The notes under the pieces: model-generated | The model's database searches: none | Told to the model about the DNA's origin: nothing | The model's input: the letters and a program-made list of their open reading frames with translations, nothing else | Shown: positions 52,456-56,357 of the stretch, piece by piece | Numbering within the stretch: the first letter of the stretch is position 1 | Layout: every line of letters starts with the position of its first letter | Program-made: the position numbers and the translations under genes | Source of the DNA: a candidate division WOR-3 bacterium | Lineage (GTDB): Bacteria > Hydrothermota > Tepidihabitantia > Tepidihabitantales > JAOUPE01 | Length of the DNA: 56,357 nucleotides | Assembly (NCBI GenBank): GCA_039801565.1 | Contig: JBDRUX010000003.1 | Location: forward strand, 1-56,357 | Reading direction: 5' to 3'

Positions 52456-53074
52456 GTTTAATAATCTTTTGTCTTAACCCCTCAAGGGTTATAGTGTATG
52501 GGTCTAATTTAGCGACAGCTTGAGCAAGTTCGAAATGACCGAGCATTTTAAACCAAGCGCTAAAATCATTCTCTTCTTTTTGTAGCCGCAATTTCGCTTC
52601 GAAGATATGAAAATATAACGAGTTGATGCTTATCTTTTTTAGAACTTCAGCAAATTCTTTTAAATCATAAGCAAGGTAAGGTGTTGGTAAAACAAATGTG
52701 ACACAACTCATAAAATGAAACTCATTACCTTCTGGGCAGTTCTGGTCTTCGTTAGTTTCGGCAATATATTCTTCAAGAATTCGAACGAATTCATTCCGCA
52801 AATCGTTTAGATTGGAAAATCGCACTGTCTCCACACCTGCTAAGGCTTCCCCCAATTCCTTGCGGGCAAGAATATTACTTGTCCAGTAGGCGAAATCATT
52901 CGGCGGTTCGGGTGATAAATAATAGTGTTGATGTAAAAAGCGGTGGGTGTGATGATAAATTGAAGCAACCGGAACTTTTTTAATACCCGCTAACAATTCT
53001 TTGGTATTTTTGGCTCTAATCCCAGTTAATTTAATAAGATGAAGCTGGGTATAAAAATGAAACGGTTGGCTCAC
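52436..53074 (-). CDS. Conserved hypothetical protein (possibly DUF5752-like)
   Basis: It overlaps both neighbours (20 nt and 4 nt). No catalytic motif was recognised. The family assignment is tentative and from memory. Confidence 0.35.
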   Translation of the reverse strand: MSQPFHFYTQLHLIKLTGIRAKNTKELLAGIKKVPVASIYHHTHRFLHQHYYLSPEPPNDFAYWTSNILARKELGEALAGVETVRFSNLNDLRNEFVRILEEYIAETNEDQNCPEGNEFHFMSCVTFVLPTPYLAYDLKEFAEVLKKISINSLYFHIFEAKLRLQKEENDFSAWFKMLGHFELAQAVAKLDPYTITLEGLRQKIIKLVQKYA

Positions 53075-55290
53075 TTGATGAGTTCAGTTAGCAGCTTTAA
53101 GACTTCATTATGATTACGCAGATTATATTTGGCATAACTTAGTGTCATTCCAACTCGAATTGAGTAAGCCGTTGCTGGTAAAATCTTGAATAGGTCTTCG
53201 TCGGTCCAATCATCACCGATCGCTAAGATAAAGTCATAGTCTTTGGCTTTTAGAAAATTCATACTGGCAACACCCTTATTCACCCCGGAATTTCTAATCT
53301 CAACTACTTTACTACCGGTTAAGACCTGAATGTCAATGTTAGCGGTTAGATGGATAAGTTCATCAATCAGTTCCCTAACCCGAAGTTCGCCCAATACCGG
53401 ATCGGTTGTCCGATAGTGCCAGACAATCGAATATTCCTTTTCTTCAATAAACGAATTAGGTAATCGGTCTGTATAAATCTTGAGAATTGGCAGAAGTTTT
53501 GATTTCCAATCATTACGCAACGGTTTTAGTAATTGCCATTCTCGGTTCTTTTCCTTTATCCAGGCACCGTGTTCAGCAACCAAGCCCAAAGCGAGTTTAC
53601 CAAACCATTCTTGCAGATTATTTCGATTGCGGCCGCTTAAAAGAACTACATCGTTTTTTGAATCGGCGGTAAGTTTTTGGAGGAGATTCACCAATTCAGC
53701 CGATGGCACCGCTTTCTCTGGTTTTACAGCAAATGGCACCAAAGTGCCGTCATAATCCAAAAGGATTAGACGTTGATTGGCTTTTTTCCAATCCTTTATT
53801 AACTGTTTTTGAATTGATTCTTCGAACAATTTGGCATTAAGAATTTTTTGCTCTTCTTCCACTGCCAATAAGGCTTGAAGGAAATCTTCTGCCCAACGAA
53901 TTACATCGTAATTCGCTAAGCGATTATGCATAATTTGATTGCGCCGGATGATCTCTTCTTCTGGCGTTGCTAAGGCTAATCTTAAAGCCTCGGCGATCTC
54001 TTCTCGATTGTTGGGATTGATGATAATCGCCTCGCCCAATTCTTGTGCCGCACCCGCCATTTCCGAAAGGATTAAAACTCCGGTCTTATCGGTCCGGCTA
54101 GCAAGATACTCTTTAGCGATTAAATTCATCCCATCGCGTAATGGTGTGATTAAGGCAACATCACTTACACTATAGAGCGCAACTAATGGGATAAACGATA
54201 AGAATTTGTATTGATACAAGATTGGTGTCCAATCAATTTTACCAAACCGACCGTTAATCTTGCCAATTAGTTCATCAATCTGATTTTTCATCTGCTGATA
54301 CATTTCGACTCCAATCCGGGATGGCACCAAAATTAAAAGCAATACGACTTTCTTATGCCATTGGGGATTTCTCTCTAAGAAGATTTCAAATCCTTGCAGC
54401 CGATTAATAATACCCTTAGTATAGTCAAGTCGGTCAACCGAAAGAATAATTTTATAATTAGTTAGGGTCTTTTTTAATTTTTCGCGCTCCTTCTTTACTT
54501 CTGGAGTGCTGACCGCATTATAAAATCGTTTGTAATCGATTCCCATCGGAAAGGTATCCGCTTTTACCATTCGCTCACCGATAATTATCTTACCCAAATT
54601 ATGTTCAAAACCCAAGATTCGTCGCACACAGCGCAGAAAATATTGGGTATAATCATAAGTATGAAAGCCAATTAAATCAGCGCCCAAAAGACCATTTAGA
54701 ATTTCCTGACGCCAAGTTTTGGGTAGAAGTCGGAATATTTCAAAAGAGGGAAACGGGATATGGAGGAAAAAACCGATCGGCACGATTGGAAATTGTTCTC
54801 TTAAAAGTTTGGGCAAAAGCATAAGGTGATAGTCATGAATCCATACCGTATCGTCCGGCTTAATAATTTCCAAGATTGCCTTACCGAAAATTTCATTTAC
54901 CCGTTGGTAAGAGCTCCAATAATTTTCTTCGTATACTGCATAAGTTGGGAAATAATGGAATAAGGGCCAGATTGTTTTATTACAAAACCCTTGATAAAAT
55001 TTGTCCATCTCGTCTTCGGTAAGAAAAACTGGGTAAGCGGAGAATTGCTTTAGGGCCAAGGTTTTTAATTCTTCTTTATTTTTATCATCAACGGTGATTC
55101 CTGGCCAGCCAATCCAAATATATTCAGTTTCCAATCGGGGAAAAGACGATTGGTGAGCAGTTTCTTTCAAGTAATCTAAGTAGGCACTAATACCCGAGAC
55201 CAGTCCGCCGGCACTTTCGCTAAATTCAAATTTACCTTCTTTTTTCACTACGGTGAATGGTAGTCGATTGGATACGATTAAAAGTCTCAT
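53071..55290 (-). CDS. otsAB: Bifunctional trehalose-6-phosphate synthase (GT20) / trehalose-6-phosphate phosphatase
   Basis: N-terminal LLIVSNRLPF...GGLVSG and the DYHLMLLP GT20 pattern. The C-terminal HAD part has LILLDYDGTLVP (DxDGT) and GDDWTDEDLF. Confidence 0.85.
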   Translation of the reverse strand: MRLLIVSNRLPFTVVKKEGKFEFSESAGGLVSGISAYLDYLKETAHQSSFPRLETEYIWIGWPGITVDDKNKEELKTLALKQFSAYPVFLTEDEMDKFYQGFCNKTIWPLFHYFPTYAVYEENYWSSYQRVNEIFGKAILEIIKPDDTVWIHDYHLMLLPKLLREQFPIVPIGFFLHIPFPSFEIFRLLPKTWRQEILNGLLGADLIGFHTYDYTQYFLRCVRRILGFEHNLGKIIIGERMVKADTFPMGIDYKRFYNAVSTPEVKKEREKLKKTLTNYKIILSVDRLDYTKGIINRLQGFEIFLERNPQWHKKVVLLLILVPSRIGVEMYQQMKNQIDELIGKINGRFGKIDWTPILYQYKFLSFIPLVALYSVSDVALITPLRDGMNLIAKEYLASRTDKTGVLILSEMAGAAQELGEAIIINPNNREEIAEALRLALATPEEEIIRRNQIMHNRLANYDVIRWAEDFLQALLAVEEEQKILNAKLFEESIQKQLIKDWKKANQRLILLDYDGTLVPFAVKPEKAVPSAELVNLLQKLTADSKNDVVLLSGRNRNNLQEWFGKLALGLVAEHGAWIKEKNREWQLLKPLRNDWKSKLLPILKIYTDRLPNSFIEEKEYSIVWHYRTTDPVLGELRVRELIDELIHLTANIDIQVLTGSKVVEIRNSGVNKGVASMNFLKAKDYDFILAIGDDWTDEDLFKILPATAYSIRVGMTLSYAKYNLRNHNEVLKLLTELIK

Positions 55291-55469
55291 TTCTTATCCT
55301 TCACACTATGATCGAAGGTTTCGTTGTCTCATTTTACTTAAATTCTTGTGCTTTGTAAACCTGCAATTTTGATAGCTAACCAACGACCCGGAGCAGAAGT
55401 TAGTAAATAGCCAGGCATTTAGTTACAAAGGGAAGTGCCGAATAAATTCGATTTGGTCTTTTTTTCTTT

Positions 55470-56309
55470 TTAAAGAATTGGCTCTTTCTTTTCAAAACGA
55501 TAAATGGTCAGTCCCATCCTTCTTGCCAAATCGTATCCAGTTCTTAGTTCATAGCCTAATTGGTCAACCCGATGGGCATCAGAACCAATCGTAAATATTT
55601 TCACCCCAATTGCTTTTGCTTTAAGCAAAATCTTCTCAGCTGGATAAATTTCTTTTGGATTTTGCCGCAAACCCGCGGTATTGATCTCAATCCCAACCTC
55701 TGACTGTGCCATTAGCTTTAAGACGGGGTCAAAATAGCGTTCACTTTCCTCAAATAATTCTGGCCCGATAATTCCAACCAAGTATTTTTTGTAAACATCG
55801 AAATGGGCAATCGAGTTAAATAAACCAGTTTGTACCGCTAATGTCAAGGCTGTAAAATAGTCCTTTGCGACTTCTCTTGGGTTCTTGGCTGAATAATTAG
55901 TTATAAACTCGTCTAAATCCCTATGGTCAGTAATAGCAAAGTGATTGAGACAATGAATTGCCCCCAAGATAAAGTCAAACGGATATTCATCACAAAACTT
56001 TTTTAGTTCATTCTCAATTGTCGGGTCATAACCGATTTCCAGTCCAGCCTTGATTTTTAAATCGGGGAATTTTTTTCTTGCTTGCTGAACCGCTTTAAAA
56101 TAATAATCAATCCAGTCCGAACGCATCGGCACAATCTTACCGAATAGTCTTATCTTGTCATCTTTCGCTTGGCGTTTTGGGTCAATCTCAAAATGGGGCG
56201 TGAAACAAATTTCGTCAATCCCAATGCTTATCGCCTTGGCACAGTACTCTTCAATAGTGCCTTCAGCATCTTGAGAATAATTGGGGTGAATATGATAATC
56301 AACAATCAT
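55470..56309 (-). CDS. hisJ: PHP-family histidinol phosphatase (HisJ/HisK type)
   Basis: DYHIHPNYSQDA, FTPHFE, GAIH, IAHFD and GSDAH metal-ligand motifs. Met at 56309 (MIVDYHIH, GGAG 8 nt upstream) is preferred over 56336. Confidence 0.75.
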   Translation of the reverse strand: MIVDYHIHPNYSQDAEGTIEEYCAKAISIGIDEICFTPHFEIDPKRQAKDDKIRLFGKIVPMRSDWIDYYFKAVQQARKKFPDLKIKAGLEIGYDPTIENELKKFCDEYPFDFILGAIHCLNHFAITDHRDLDEFITNYSAKNPREVAKDYFTALTLAVQTGLFNSIAHFDVYKKYLVGIIGPELFEESERYFDPVLKLMAQSEVGIEINTAGLRQNPKEIYPAEKILLKAKAIGVKIFTIGSDAHRVDQLGYELRTGYDLARRMGLTIYRFEKKEPIL

Positions 56310-56357
56310 TGACTTAACTCCATCTGCGTTGCCCAATCCAAGTTGATTTGCTCGGTT

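Overview
This 56.4 kb window comes from a low-GC bacterium. Five secreted proteins end in T9SS-type C-terminal sorting domains (YPNPF...GIYF). RBSs are GGAGG-like and promoters are TTGACA/TATAAT-like, which fits an uncultivated FCB-superphylum-like lineage; no finer placement is possible from sequence alone.

Most of the window is ordinary core genome:
- plsY-gpsA
- a TldD/PmbA-like gene fused into an operon with four unknown membrane proteins
- a GT39+TPR glycosyltransferase, an M23 peptidase and parA-parB
- GT2 / flippase-like / hisC
- radical SAM / comF / lgt
- rbfA-truB-ribF
- pdaD and tRNA-Ala(CGC)
- an otsA/otsB fusion, DUF5752-like gene, GT4 and mscS (trehalose operon)
- a PHP histidinol phosphatase
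- large gingipain-like (C25), Kelch and BNR secreted proteins

The accessory part is an island of about 8.5 kb (about 20.0-28.5 kb) with no integrase. It holds a methyltransferase, a HicB/DinB-like protein, an MNT/HEPN pair, a ParE-family TA pair, DUF4265-like, DUF4258/DUF2283 and zinc-ribbon genes, and a DUF45 metallopeptidase.

The best candidate for an undescribed system sits inside this island at 23.64-26.06 kb. It is a tightly coupled three-gene cassette encoding a small basic helical protein, a 516-aa GHKL (Bergerat-fold, MORC/HSP90-like) ATPase, and a DUF1016-N-like protein without a nuclease domain. Two tandem near-consensus promoters in an extremely AT-rich leader drive it.

Other unusual signals:
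- A (TTTCGAA)n heptanucleotide microsatellite sits in frame exactly at the passenger/CTD junction of two adjacent T9SS genes, and occurs again in a non-coding locus.
- A dispersed family of GC-rich degenerate 12-bp tandem arrays occurs at four intergenic loci.
- A T9SS cargo gene is split by a single in-frame TGA that is followed by a stem-loop.
- Cassette-like direct repeats flank small accessory genes.
- A duplicated promoter brackets a TA module.
- Several consensus promoters are positioned to give leaderless transcripts.

All functional calls rest on motif recognition by eye. No database search was run.
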